The translations under genes and the position numbers were made by a program. From an uncultured Chlamydiae bacterium (GTDB lineage Bacteria > Chlamydiota > Chlamydiia > Chlamydiales > Parachlamydiaceae), in the NCBI GenBank assembly GCA_963754655.1, contig CAVWGN010000001.1:2944001-3008000 (forward strand): a stretch of 64,000 nucleotides of DNA, written 5' to 3'. Below the pieces are notes generated by a model. It worked only from the letters and a program-made list of their open reading frames with translations, made no database searches and was not told the origin of the DNA. Shown one piece after another: positions 9,899-18,933 of the stretch; the first letter of the stretch is position 1, and each line of letters begins with the position of its first letter.

Positions 9899-10819
9899 AT
9901 GGCTAAGCTTATGGTTGAAATTAGGCGCTCTTCCCTTGCTCCATCTGAGCTTGCTCAATCATCTAATTATCTTCCTCTTATCAGGCCTTCTATTCTCCCT
10001 TTCCTCCAAAATTCCTCTTCTATTGGGCAATGGATTGCTATCGAAGCTCGTTTAAATGAAGAACTTGTGGGACTGACACTTTCAGAAGTCTACAACGATG
10101 GTTGGAAACAGATTGCTCAACTTTATTCCTTCATCGTCCATCCTCACCATCGCCAACAAGGCATTGGCCGCCAACTTTTTTCTTTTACACAAGAGTGGCT
10201 AATTAAAGAAGAAAACATCCTCTCTTTTGAATTTTTCTATACGCAGGAAGATCCTTTTACACCTGCCGTAGAAAAAATTTTGGCATTCAATGGCTGGATA
10301 CCTGCTAAAACTCTCTTACTTTGTTGTCATTTTGATTTCTATGCTTTTAATCCTTCATGGATTCACTATCCTTACCGACTTCCTCCTTCACTAAAGTTTT
10401 TCTCATGGAAAGATCTACTTCCCGAAGATAGACAATATATTGAGTATTTAGCTTCTCAAGGAAGATTTGTTCCTTCTCTTTATCCATTTAGAAATGAAGC
10501 ACTTATTGATATGGAAACAAGTGTAGGGTTGCGTCAAGGAAATCGTGTCATGGGTTGGAGTATCACTCAGCGTCCTAATCCCTCAACCATTTGTTATTCC
10601 ATTCTCTATATTGATAGCGACTTGTTGCATACGGGTTGTGGAATCCAACTCCTGGTAGAGTCTATCCGCCGCCACAAAACATTGCCTATTCCGAATGCTA
10701 CCCTAGAAATCAATGTCAAAGAAATCGATCCCTCTTGGTGGCGTTTCATCAAAAAAAGACTCTTACCTGTTGCCCGCAAAGTCGACCGTATTAAACATGC
10801 TATTAAAGTTTTTATTTAA
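9899..10819 (+). CDS. Tandem-domain GNAT-family N-acyltransferase
   Basis: Motif A VHPHHRQQGIGRQL in the N-terminal domain; degenerate second motif A (IDSDLLHTGCGIQL) in the C-terminal domain. Confidence 0.8.
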   Translation: MAKLMVEIRRSSLAPSELAQSSNYLPLIRPSILPFLQNSSSIGQWIAIEARLNEELVGLTLSEVYNDGWKQIAQLYSFIVHPHHRQQGIGRQLFSFTQEWLIKEENILSFEFFYTQEDPFTPAVEKILAFNGWIPAKTLLLCCHFDFYAFNPSWIHYPYRLPPSLKFFSWKDLLPEDRQYIEYLASQGRFVPSLYPFRNEALIDMETSVGLRQGNRVMGWSITQRPNPSTICYSILYIDSDLLHTGCGIQLLVESIRRHKTLPIPNATLEINVKEIDPSWWRFIKKRLLPVARKVDRIKHAIKVFI

Positions 10820-11053
10820 TCTTTGCAAATGGAAGGATGTCCTCCTTTGGGGAACAATCAATATTTTCATGAGATCCCACAAGCTGCGCTGCGCTTGGGC
10901 TGTGGGCTAAAAATAGAATGACGCAAGCGCCTAAGTTAGCATTTATCTTACACACCAAGGCTAGGGTGTTAATTTTGTGCAAAAAATGAGCTTTATTTTT
11001 CACAATAATTGGCATAGTTGAATTGAAGGTCGCATGTTTATGCCGTCCTTTCA

Positions 11054-12515
11054 GGGACAATTGCAGAATTATTTAGCGTGTTATACTGCGATTTTTTTTC
11101 TGTCAATTGTACCTGAGATCGAAAAGAATCGATTCTAGACGACTAAGTTTTAATGAAAAAAAAACACTTTTATGCAAAACATTCGAATTTTTTGAATTTT
11201 TTTAAAAATTGATCTAATTTTGGCAGGGGGTAACGTAAGAAGATACTGTCAATCTTTGAAATTTAATCGATCTTTAGGAAGTGAATTTCAATAACATCAT
11301 AGCGGCCGCTGTTAATACTCCAAATAATGCATGGCAAGAGACTTTCTGATATCCTCTGTAATATATCCTATGTCCTCCACAATAGTCCTTAAAGAATGCA
11401 TTAAAGGATTCTTTGGGAAATCGCTCTGCGTACCTCTTTTCTTCAGCTGTTTTAAAATTTAAAAGAGTTTTTCTTTTTTTCTCTTCCATTTTTGCCTTTT
11501 TTTGAGCTGCACTTCGCGAACACTGATCGATAATTGGTATATGATTAAGGGATCGGCTAAATTCCTTGATTTCTGGATAATCGTAAGCTGCATCCATTAA
11601 ATCGTACAAATTAGTTACTACCTTGCTTGTTTTTAGAGATAAAGGAATTGCAACTTCACAGTCATTACACGATGCAGATGTGACAATTGCAGCCAAAGGG
11701 ACTCCATTATCATCAACATTAGTATGCAACTTATAGCCTTTCCAAAAAATGTGAAATCCCTGAGGATTTCTTTTCATGCCTTTGTCACATGCTATAGGAA
11801 GATGTTCTACCATTTTTCGAAGATCTGGTTCATTCAACTGCTGTTGACGTAGATTTGGTTCTCCAGCACTTTTCATTCTTCTTCTTTCTTTGTCTTTTTC
11901 TTTTCGACGTGTTTTTGCACATGGTTTTTTTAATGATTTTTCACGTGCTTCTAAGGGTGTAGAATCTGTTATCACATGTCCTATGATCTCTCCCTTGTAA
12001 AATTCTTTAACCAATGCTTGGTGAACCCTATCCGGAAGGGTTATTTGGCTAAATTCTTTGAAAGCTCTAGAAAATTTAGATTCAGAAGGAATTTTATGAT
12101 TTGCCTCCCAACCACAAATAATCCTCAATTGTTCATCCTGGTTTAGCAGGCGAATAATTTGTTTAGTGTAAGGTTGTTTTAGGACTACTTTTGCGATAAA
12201 ACTTCTAGCCATTGCGATGCGATCTTTTGGTGGCCTTCCTAATTTGAAGGATCGCGGAATATGACTTTCAATACGAACAAGTTCCAGAATTGATACTAAT
12301 TTTTTATACTCAGGGCAGAGTTCATGAGTTCGTTTGATTAAATCAGGAAAAAGAGTAGACTGTACGTTATTCCACATTTGCGATAATTTTTCTCTGAACA
12401 TTTTTCGGTTCCTTGTATAGTTTAAGACGGTTTTTCTACATCTAGACTATATTAAGGAGCCTTTTTTTGAAAGTGGTAAATTAAAATAATTTATTGTTTA
12501 TTCTGCAATTGTCCC
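11054..12515 (-). mobile_element. Complete insertion sequence (~1.46 kb), DDE type (IS4/IS5-like superfamily)
   Basis: 16-bp terminal inverted repeats GGGACAATTGCAGAAT (11054-11069 / 12500-12515); flanking direct repeat TTTCA (5 bp; 7 or 9 bp also fit); single intact transposase ORF. Confidence 0.93.
11274..12401 (-). CDS. DDE transposase
   Basis: ITDST (D1), GYKLH, LMDAAYD (D2), Y-x2-R-x3-E-x2-N-x3-K (YAERFPKESFNAFFK) helix. Confidence 0.92.
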   Translation of the reverse strand: MFREKLSQMWNNVQSTLFPDLIKRTHELCPEYKKLVSILELVRIESHIPRSFKLGRPPKDRIAMARSFIAKVVLKQPYTKQIIRLLNQDEQLRIICGWEANHKIPSESKFSRAFKEFSQITLPDRVHQALVKEFYKGEIIGHVITDSTPLEAREKSLKKPCAKTRRKEKDKERRRMKSAGEPNLRQQQLNEPDLRKMVEHLPIACDKGMKRNPQGFHIFWKGYKLHTNVDDNGVPLAAIVTSASCNDCEVAIPLSLKTSKVVTNLYDLMDAAYDYPEIKEFSRSLNHIPIIDQCSRSAAQKKAKMEEKKRKTLLNFKTAEEKRYAERFPKESFNAFFKDYCGGHRIYYRGYQKVSCHALFGVLTAAAMMLLKFTS

Positions 12516-13244
12516 TTTCAGGACTCGATGTCTTTTTGATAGAACCCAGGCCTCCGCTTCGCTGTGACCTGGGCTGTAACATGACGGCCCTTCAGGCCTT
12601 AACAAAAAAATGATTTAGGGGCTATAGATGAGGGACATAAGACTCTCTTGTTAAGGCCTGAAGGGCTGTCATGTTACAGGCGCAGGCCTTCGCTTCGCTG
12701 CGACTGGGCTGTAATAGGCCGGCCCTTCAGGCCTAAACAAAAAGATGATTTAGGGACTATAGAAGAGGGACTTAAACATCTCTTGTTAAGGCCTGAAGGG
12801 CCGTCATGTTACAGGCGCAGGCCTCCGCTTCGCTGCGACCTGGGCTGTAACATGACGGCCCTTCAGGCCTAAACAAAAAGATGATTTAGGGACTATAGAA
12901 GAGGGACTTAAACACCTCTTGTTAAGGCCTGAAGGGCCGTCATGTTACAGCCCAGGTCGCAGCGAAGCGGAGGCCTGGGTTCTATCAAAAAAACTTAGGT
13001 AAGAGAACATTGATTCATGGAAAATCATTGTCATGGGTTGCTGATATAATCTTTCAGGAGGATTTAGTTAAAATACCGGGACTGAATAATTGAAATATTT
13101 TTGACCAAAAAAACTATCTTTAAATGATCTTAATTAAATTTAAGTAGAGGAATTGTTATAATTACATAAGAAGAATAAAATTTTATTCTTTAAAACTTTA
13201 TAGAATGTCAAAATTTCTGACATTAGCTGTAAAGGAATGCGTAT

Positions 13245-13261
13245 TTGGCATTTTTCTTGTA
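13245..13261 (+). promoter_or_regulatory. Putative sigma54 (-24/-12) promoter, near-consensus
   Basis: TTGGCATTTTTCTTGTA = GG-N10-GT, about 60 nt upstream of the ATG at 13320. Confidence 0.45.
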
Positions 13262-13319
13262 AGGATATTTCCTTATATGCATTGGATATTTAGTGGATTT
13301 GTACAAAGGAGAGGCTATT

Positions 13320-16013
13320 ATGTCAGTGGAAATTCCCAAAGATCCCCGCTCATTAAACTCTACAACCGACTCTAAACCAACTGAAGCCACCCAACCCGCA
13401 AGTGCTTTTCTTTCTGCCAAGGATTCCTTAGAAACCTTTAAAAAAGATGAGATAAGCACGCGTTTGACTCCACGCGAAAGCAGAGCACCCGAGCTAAACG
13501 AGCCTCAATCTCGAGACAATTCTATTGTAGGTTCTTTTAAAATATGGAGTGACGCCATCCGCGCTTTTCGCAATCAACTTAGCGCCTCAGATTCAGCTAA
13601 TATGGAAGCTCGTGGCAAATTCAGCCAATTAGCCGTGACACAAGCCGAAGAGATTTCAAAGCTTATTGCAGCAAAAGCAGAGGCTTTGGCTAAGCTAAAA
13701 GAAGAGATTGCAAATAAACTAGGCGGATTGAAAGACATATTAGATAAAATGCGGGAGCTAGAAAAAAAGCAACGAGAAGGAATTGATCGCATTAATGGAG
13801 GCAACGAGGAAGAAAAGAGACAATATGAAGAACTCACTCGTGCTTATGATGAATATCTCTCTAAAGTAAAAGAATTAGAGGGAATTGAGATCGATAAAGA
13901 TGGCAATTTTTTAATTCCAGATAAGCCGCCAGAAACTAAAGAAAAATATAATGAATTGACAAGGAAGTATCAAAATTCTGTTGCCACTTTTAATGATTAC
14001 TGGAAGAAGCGTTCATCTGAAATTAATAAATATAATGCTGCAACGATCGAGTATAACAAAGCGGTCGCAAAATACAATCAAGAGATCAACCAATTTATTG
14101 ACGACAATAAGCTACGCAAGTTCTTAGAAGACAATGGAATTACACTTCCTCAGTTAAAGGAAAGCAGCCAGCGCAATCTTTCTGGTTATCTCGATCATAT
14201 CCCATTCCCTGTGCCAATTACCAGCGTCCCCGGTACTGTCCCCCATTATCCTTTACCCGATTATGTTCGAAAAATTGCTCAAGCGGGACCTGGAGCTTTG
14301 CCAAAACTCGTTCCGTCTCCAAATTTTGATCCTCAGGTTTTATATACAGGCTTATACAATCAGTTATATGAAAGCCGCATTGCCCCCTTGGATCAAGAAA
14401 TCAACCGTTTCACGAGTTATTGGTCTTTTGTGAATCGTCAAATTCTTCAAAAGAATAAGCAAGAGTCTTCAACCGATGGCTTACTCAATTCCAAACCCCT
14501 TGCACAAAGACTTCTCCCTGCTGGTTTGACTCTCTCTCGACCTTCCCTTTCTTCTAGCTCTTTGGCCATGCAAACAATGGGAATAGACAATCCCCATGTA
14601 CAAGTCCTGATGGGACAAGCCTTGCTCAAGCAAGTCATTAAGAGTTCTCATCTTAAAGCCTTAGAAGGGCTGAAGGGAGTAGAGCGAGATAAAAAGATTG
14701 AGCAGCTAACCGATCAAGTCTTGATTTTATCTGTTGGCTTATTGGGCAATCAAAGCATGCAATCCTTATTTCCTAGCCTTGGCATCCTTTCAGATTCCCT
14801 AGCTTCATTACCCAAAGATAGCCCAGCATTCGCGATTTTATTTGCCGTTTCTTTGTCTAATCGTATTCAAGAAGGGATCAAGCAAGGAACCACGGCTGAA
14901 GCTTTGCAAACTTTCCTCGATAAAAATCCTGACTTTACTGCCTTGCCTACCGAAGAGAAAGCCCAACTGGAAGCAGCTCTCAATTTGGGACAACTAATGG
15001 TGGTCGGTAAATTAATAGAAGATTCTCTGGGACTGCCAGGCTTATTAAATCCCCTAATGCCTTCTCTCTTACCCACTTTAAATCTTGAGGATGTGATTCC
15101 TCAAGCAGAGCAGGAGGTCGAACAAGGGCAACTGGAGCTGCAAACTCAGATGAAAGATCACTTTATCCAACAAAGCTATTCTGAAGATCAAGCCCAATTT
15201 TTAGCTCAGGTTGGTTCTGACCTCACTCAACAAGGCCTTTTAACTCCGGCTGTGACGGCCAATATCTCCCCAAAAACGCTCAATCAACCTTTACTGGTGA
15301 ATTCTGTGAAAGCTGAACTTGTCCTGGCTCATTATTCTTTAGACGATGCCCATGCCGTTGCTCATGAAGCTGTTGATTTGACTCTTGCAGATGCTCCTTA
15401 TCCTACTGCAAAGCAATTCCGTGCTGCTTTGGAATCCAATCTAGTCGACTTGCAAGTTAAAATGAGTCCCAATATTGCTGCTGCTGCCGTGCTGATTCCT
15501 CTCCCAGAACCATCCCTTCCTCGAGTCGCTGTCGCTCCTATTCGTGCCACTACTCCATCGATTGCTCCAGCTTCCGCTCCTCCTGCGCCCCAGACTCCGC
15601 CTATCGCTACTCCGCCACAGCTTTCCCCTATTAAAGTGACGGCCATTGTAGAAAAACGCATCCTTCAACTTCTTGTGCCTCAATTGGGAACTCAATTAGC
15701 TCAGCAAGTCAGCCAGGAAATGGCTAAAACCCTGTTTGGTACTATTCATCCTGATTCCAGTGATATCGCACAGATTAAATCCCCTTATGCCTTGGTGAAC
15801 GTTGTCAGAAATCAACTGTATCATCTCAATGTCGAGCAAAATCGAATTTGGACAAATGCCGTCGTTGAAACTTTTAAAGAAAGCATTAAAACAATGGTAA
15901 GCTTTTACGCTTTTTCCTTGAAAATTATGGATCCGGCTTATCTTTTTGTTTTTGCCTCTGGGATTATTTATGGGGATCAAGGAAGAAATAAACCGATTGC
16001 TATTCCCATTTAA
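13320..16013 (+). CDS. Large T3SS-cluster hypothetical protein (candidate secreted substrate)
   Basis: 897 aa from ATG 13320 (AGGAGAGG RBS; the ORF track starts at 13293); S/T/P-rich N-terminus with PELNEP, long coiled coil, Pro-rich segment; first gene of the T3SS cluster. Confidence 0.75.
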   Translation: MSVEIPKDPRSLNSTTDSKPTEATQPASAFLSAKDSLETFKKDEISTRLTPRESRAPELNEPQSRDNSIVGSFKIWSDAIRAFRNQLSASDSANMEARGKFSQLAVTQAEEISKLIAAKAEALAKLKEEIANKLGGLKDILDKMRELEKKQREGIDRINGGNEEEKRQYEELTRAYDEYLSKVKELEGIEIDKDGNFLIPDKPPETKEKYNELTRKYQNSVATFNDYWKKRSSEINKYNAATIEYNKAVAKYNQEINQFIDDNKLRKFLEDNGITLPQLKESSQRNLSGYLDHIPFPVPITSVPGTVPHYPLPDYVRKIAQAGPGALPKLVPSPNFDPQVLYTGLYNQLYESRIAPLDQEINRFTSYWSFVNRQILQKNKQESSTDGLLNSKPLAQRLLPAGLTLSRPSLSSSSLAMQTMGIDNPHVQVLMGQALLKQVIKSSHLKALEGLKGVERDKKIEQLTDQVLILSVGLLGNQSMQSLFPSLGILSDSLASLPKDSPAFAILFAVSLSNRIQEGIKQGTTAEALQTFLDKNPDFTALPTEEKAQLEAALNLGQLMVVGKLIEDSLGLPGLLNPLMPSLLPTLNLEDVIPQAEQEVEQGQLELQTQMKDHFIQQSYSEDQAQFLAQVGSDLTQQGLLTPAVTANISPKTLNQPLLVNSVKAELVLAHYSLDDAHAVAHEAVDLTLADAPYPTAKQFRAALESNLVDLQVKMSPNIAAAAVLIPLPEPSLPRVAVAPIRATTPSIAPASAPPAPQTPPIATPPQLSPIKVTAIVEKRILQLLVPQLGTQLAQQVSQEMAKTLFGTIHPDSSDIAQIKSPYALVNVVRNQLYHLNVEQNRIWTNAVVETFKESIKTMVSFYAFSLKIMDPAYLFVFASGIIYGDQGRNKPIAIPI

Positions 16014-16051
16014 ATTCATAAGAAGCATCTATTAAGCATTTAAAGGATTAA

Positions 16052-16080
16052 TTGTTTTTTAAATCAAACTGTTGTACAAT
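16052..16080 (+). promoter_or_regulatory. Putative sigma66 promoter
   Basis: TTGTTT-N17-TACAAT in the AT-rich spacer upstream of the 16170 ORF. Confidence 0.4.
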
Positions 16081-16169
16081 AGTAATTATGGAATTATTAA
16101 ATATTAATCTAAAAAAATTAAAATTTGTTTAATATCAATAATAAAATTGAAACTCTTTAAGAGTTAAAA

Positions 16170-17489
16170 GTGAGTCATTTTATGGTAGAATCAATATCAA
16201 GTTATGGAGTGAGCGGCAATTCATACGGTGAATATGTCGAAAGTGATGTATCAAAAGCTTATCTCTCGTATATGCAACGCATTCAAGCGATCATGAACAA
16301 ATCAAGTTTTACTGCGCAGGATATCAATGACTTAAGAGAGCTCATGCGGCTGATCAATGGTCTAGATCTAAAAGAGAGTGTCCTTGAATACGATAAGGAT
16401 CTTGTTTTTCTCTTTTTTAAGGCTGCAGGAATAGATCCTAATAATAGCGATCCTGTTGATCCTAAAAAGTTGCTAGCGCTTAAAGATGTCACATTAGAAA
16501 TGCCACCACTCTACGGGCAAAGCAGCGGAAAAAAAATTAAACTTGGTGAGGCCATCGCCCTTGCCTTAGACCCTGCAAGAGCACAAGAGGCTAATCGAGC
16601 ATTAGGCGATACATTACTGCACTTTTCGACTTGGGTTTATGATATGTATTCAAAGGAAGTTGAGAAATTACAGCAACAAGTCGTCTATACCACCCAAATC
16701 CTCAATAGCTTAGGGGATCTGTTGGCGCTTCTTAAGAATTACAAACTCAAATATCAATATCCAGATAATTTTCAGATAGATCCTACAAAGTGGAAGTCTG
16801 AGGCAGACCTTCCGCCAGGATTACGAGCAGCACTAGCAAAGTACAAAGATAAAGATGGCAACGGCATTCCACCAGGAGCAATTTGGAAAGAGGAACCTGA
16901 AGGGAGTGGTAATTGGAAGCTTGAGAAAACAGAGGATTTTGGAAAACTTATAGAATGGGTCAGAAATAACAAGGGAACATTTGTCGACATCTGTAATAAC
17001 TATTTTGGAAAAGAACTTGAAGTTGTCCCTGGAGAGATACCACCCGGTACCATTATAGATTTGATCAAACTACGCGATAAGCTTGCCCAGCAATTAAAAA
17101 ATTTAGAAGAAGCTGGTAATGACCCTACTGAAGAAGGATCTGCAGCTTATGCCTTAAAGAAGGTTCTTGATAAACTTAAATCGCACTTTTCTCAAGATGT
17201 ATATACAGATGAAGATGCCAAAAGATTGGTTGAGGAGTTTCTCATGGCTGGTCAAGGTTATCAAAGAACAGAGGATGGAAAAGGCTGGGAGAAAATAACA
17301 ACCCCTGGAAAAAACGTCGTCGATTTAATTAACGATGCCATCTCCGCTAACCAATTTTTAAGTGCTCAATTATCCGATGAAATTAAAGCCAAAAATGTTT
17401 TCCTCAATACCGTTTATGAGATTCTTACACAAGCGATGAAAACCGAAGATAAAACGAAACAAGGCTTTGCTCGGAATATCGCTCGTTAA
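16170..17489 (+). CDS. T3SS-associated helical protein (candidate secreted or tip-like protein)
   Basis: 439 aa (alternative ATG at 16182); C-terminal amphipathic helix ending TKQGFARNIAR; located in the translocon region. Confidence 0.65.
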   Translation: MSHFMVESISSYGVSGNSYGEYVESDVSKAYLSYMQRIQAIMNKSSFTAQDINDLRELMRLINGLDLKESVLEYDKDLVFLFFKAAGIDPNNSDPVDPKKLLALKDVTLEMPPLYGQSSGKKIKLGEAIALALDPARAQEANRALGDTLLHFSTWVYDMYSKEVEKLQQQVVYTTQILNSLGDLLALLKNYKLKYQYPDNFQIDPTKWKSEADLPPGLRAALAKYKDKDGNGIPPGAIWKEEPEGSGNWKLEKTEDFGKLIEWVRNNKGTFVDICNNYFGKELEVVPGEIPPGTIIDLIKLRDKLAQQLKNLEEAGNDPTEEGSAAYALKKVLDKLKSHFSQDVYTDEDAKRLVEEFLMAGQGYQRTEDGKGWEKITTPGKNVVDLINDAISANQFLSAQLSDEIKAKNVFLNTVYEILTQAMKTEDKTKQGFARNIAR

Positions 17490-17495
17490 GAAAGA

Positions 17496-17511
17496 TGGCA
17501 TGATTATTGCT
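17496..17511 (+). promoter_or_regulatory. sigma54 (RpoN) -24/-12 promoter
   Basis: TGGCATGATTATTGCT matches TGGCAYG-N4-TTGCW with exact GG-N10-GC spacing; intergenic, about 90 nt upstream of 17600. Confidence 0.7.
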
Positions 17512-17599
17512 GTATTTAAACATAACACTTGCACTATTGAAAGTTCTTGGGTTAGCTCGCTAAGCTTCCTTTTGACTCTCAATTATTTAGGAGAAAGAT

Positions 17600-18220
17600 A
17601 TGAGTCCAATAGAAAATGTTCCAGTTTCTGAAAGAAATCCTTTATTCGATATTAATAAGGATACGAAAGTTAAGGAAGAGGCAACCGCAGAAGAAACCCA
17701 ACGTCAAAATTCAGACGACATTCTCGATGTCAATGAATTGTTAAAAAACGATCCGGCATACAAAAAACTCTATGATAAAATGGTTGGAAACTACGCTCAA
17801 CAATCTTCTGCTAGCCTGAATATTATGAGCCGTGTGATGAACGCTTTGATGGAATTGAATCAAGTCTTGTCAAGAGTGGCTACTATTTATGCTGACCACC
17901 TCGGAAAAATTACCGAAAAACTCAATGCCTATAGCAAGCTTCAAACACAAATTCCCGTCATTACCGATGGAATGGGATTCATGGACGATACGGGTGATTC
18001 AACAAAGGACGAAAAAATTAGAGAGGATAGAGGCCAGATCAACCAGAAGTTTGGCAATATGTTAGAAGCCATTCGTGCAAATAAAGGAATAGAAGAAGAT
18101 AAGGCCAAAAAATTGAATACCATCCTTCAAGCCATGAAAGATGCCGGCCAACAAGCTTCTGATTTTATGACTTCTTTTGCAGATATGTGGCGCCAGGTAG
18201 GATCCAAGATCTCTCAATAA
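17600..18220 (+). CDS. Chlamydial secreted helical protein, probably DUF720 (CT847-849-like) family
   Basis: 206 aa with AGGAG RBS; all-helical pattern with C-terminal NQ...IRANKGIEEDKAKKLNT...Q resembling recalled DUF720 proteins. Confidence 0.55.
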   Translation: MSPIENVPVSERNPLFDINKDTKVKEEATAEETQRQNSDDILDVNELLKNDPAYKKLYDKMVGNYAQQSSASLNIMSRVMNALMELNQVLSRVATIYADHLGKITEKLNAYSKLQTQIPVITDGMGFMDDTGDSTKDEKIREDRGQINQKFGNMLEAIRANKGIEEDKAKKLNTILQAMKDAGQQASDFMTSFADMWRQVGSKISQ

Positions 18221-18293
18221 TCCCTAAGGAAATAAGTGGCTCAATAGGCGTCAAGACATGACAAGTTAAGGATCTCAATTTAAGGGGGATACC

Positions 18294-18899
18294 ATGAAAG
18301 GTTCTCGCGAAACAAAAGGGCAAATGAGAAAAGAGACTTTGAGCTCTGCCGAAAAGCAAGGTGAAAAATTTGACCAAGCTTTAGGTGACATTGCCAATAA
18401 AATGTTAAAGCAGGGAATGACGCCTAAAGATGCCATGGGCCTTAGTCCTACTTATTTAGAAAACATTTATGCCCAGGCTTATCGTCTCTATAATACGGGA
18501 AAATATGCTGAGGCAATTCATCTCTTTCGCATTCTCATTATGTTAAATGCCATGGAACCTAAGTACATGTTGGGTCTGGCAGCTTGCTTCCACATGTTGA
18601 AAGAGTATTTTAACGCCATTCAGACTTATACGATGTGCGGCGCGCTTGACCCCCATAACCCCATTCCCCATTACCACTCTTCTGATTGTTTCATTCAAAT
18701 GAAGGACTATCTATCCGCCATGATCTGCCTTGAACTAGCGATCGAGCGGGCCGGAGACAAACCAGAATATGCCAAGATGAAAGAACGAGCACAATTAAGC
18801 TTAGAAAGCTTAAAACAACAAGTCGCTTCAAATCCAGTAGAGGAAGAATCACCTTTAATAAAGGAACAACAAGAAAGACGATTTGATCTTTACTCATAG
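18294..18899 (+). CDS. lcrH: LcrH/SycD-family class II (translocator) chaperone
   Basis: LENIYAQAYRLYNTGKYAEA...YMLGLAAC...PHYHSSDC TPR pattern; directly upstream of the CopB-like gene. Confidence 0.92.
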   Translation: MKGSRETKGQMRKETLSSAEKQGEKFDQALGDIANKMLKQGMTPKDAMGLSPTYLENIYAQAYRLYNTGKYAEAIHLFRILIMLNAMEPKYMLGLAACFHMLKEYFNAIQTYTMCGALDPHNPIPHYHSSDCFIQMKDYLSAMICLELAIERAGDKPEYAKMKERAQLSLESLKQQVASNPVEEESPLIKEQQERRFDLYS

Positions 18900-18933
18900 A
18901 TCGTTTTTTTATACAACTAAAAGGTCATTAATT

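Larger units (their letters stand above)
10962..12993. repeat. Composite REP/MITE-like palindromic element (TAGGGTGTT arm plus family-D REP), interrupted by an IS, with 3 tandem ~135-bp units
   Basis: 10962-11053 matches 50758-50848. After the IS the same consensus resumes (GGACTCGATGTCTTTTTGATAGAACCCAGG). The unit core TTTAGGG(A/G)CTATAGA recurs at 12614, 12749 and 12885. Confidence 0.9.

Noticed and set aside
10812..11060. Short ORFs in repeats (also 12648-12872, 29129-29341, 44904-45113, 50639-50932)
   Set aside because: They lie within palindromic repeat elements and share peptide text only because the DNA repeat is shared; no RBS or protein-family features
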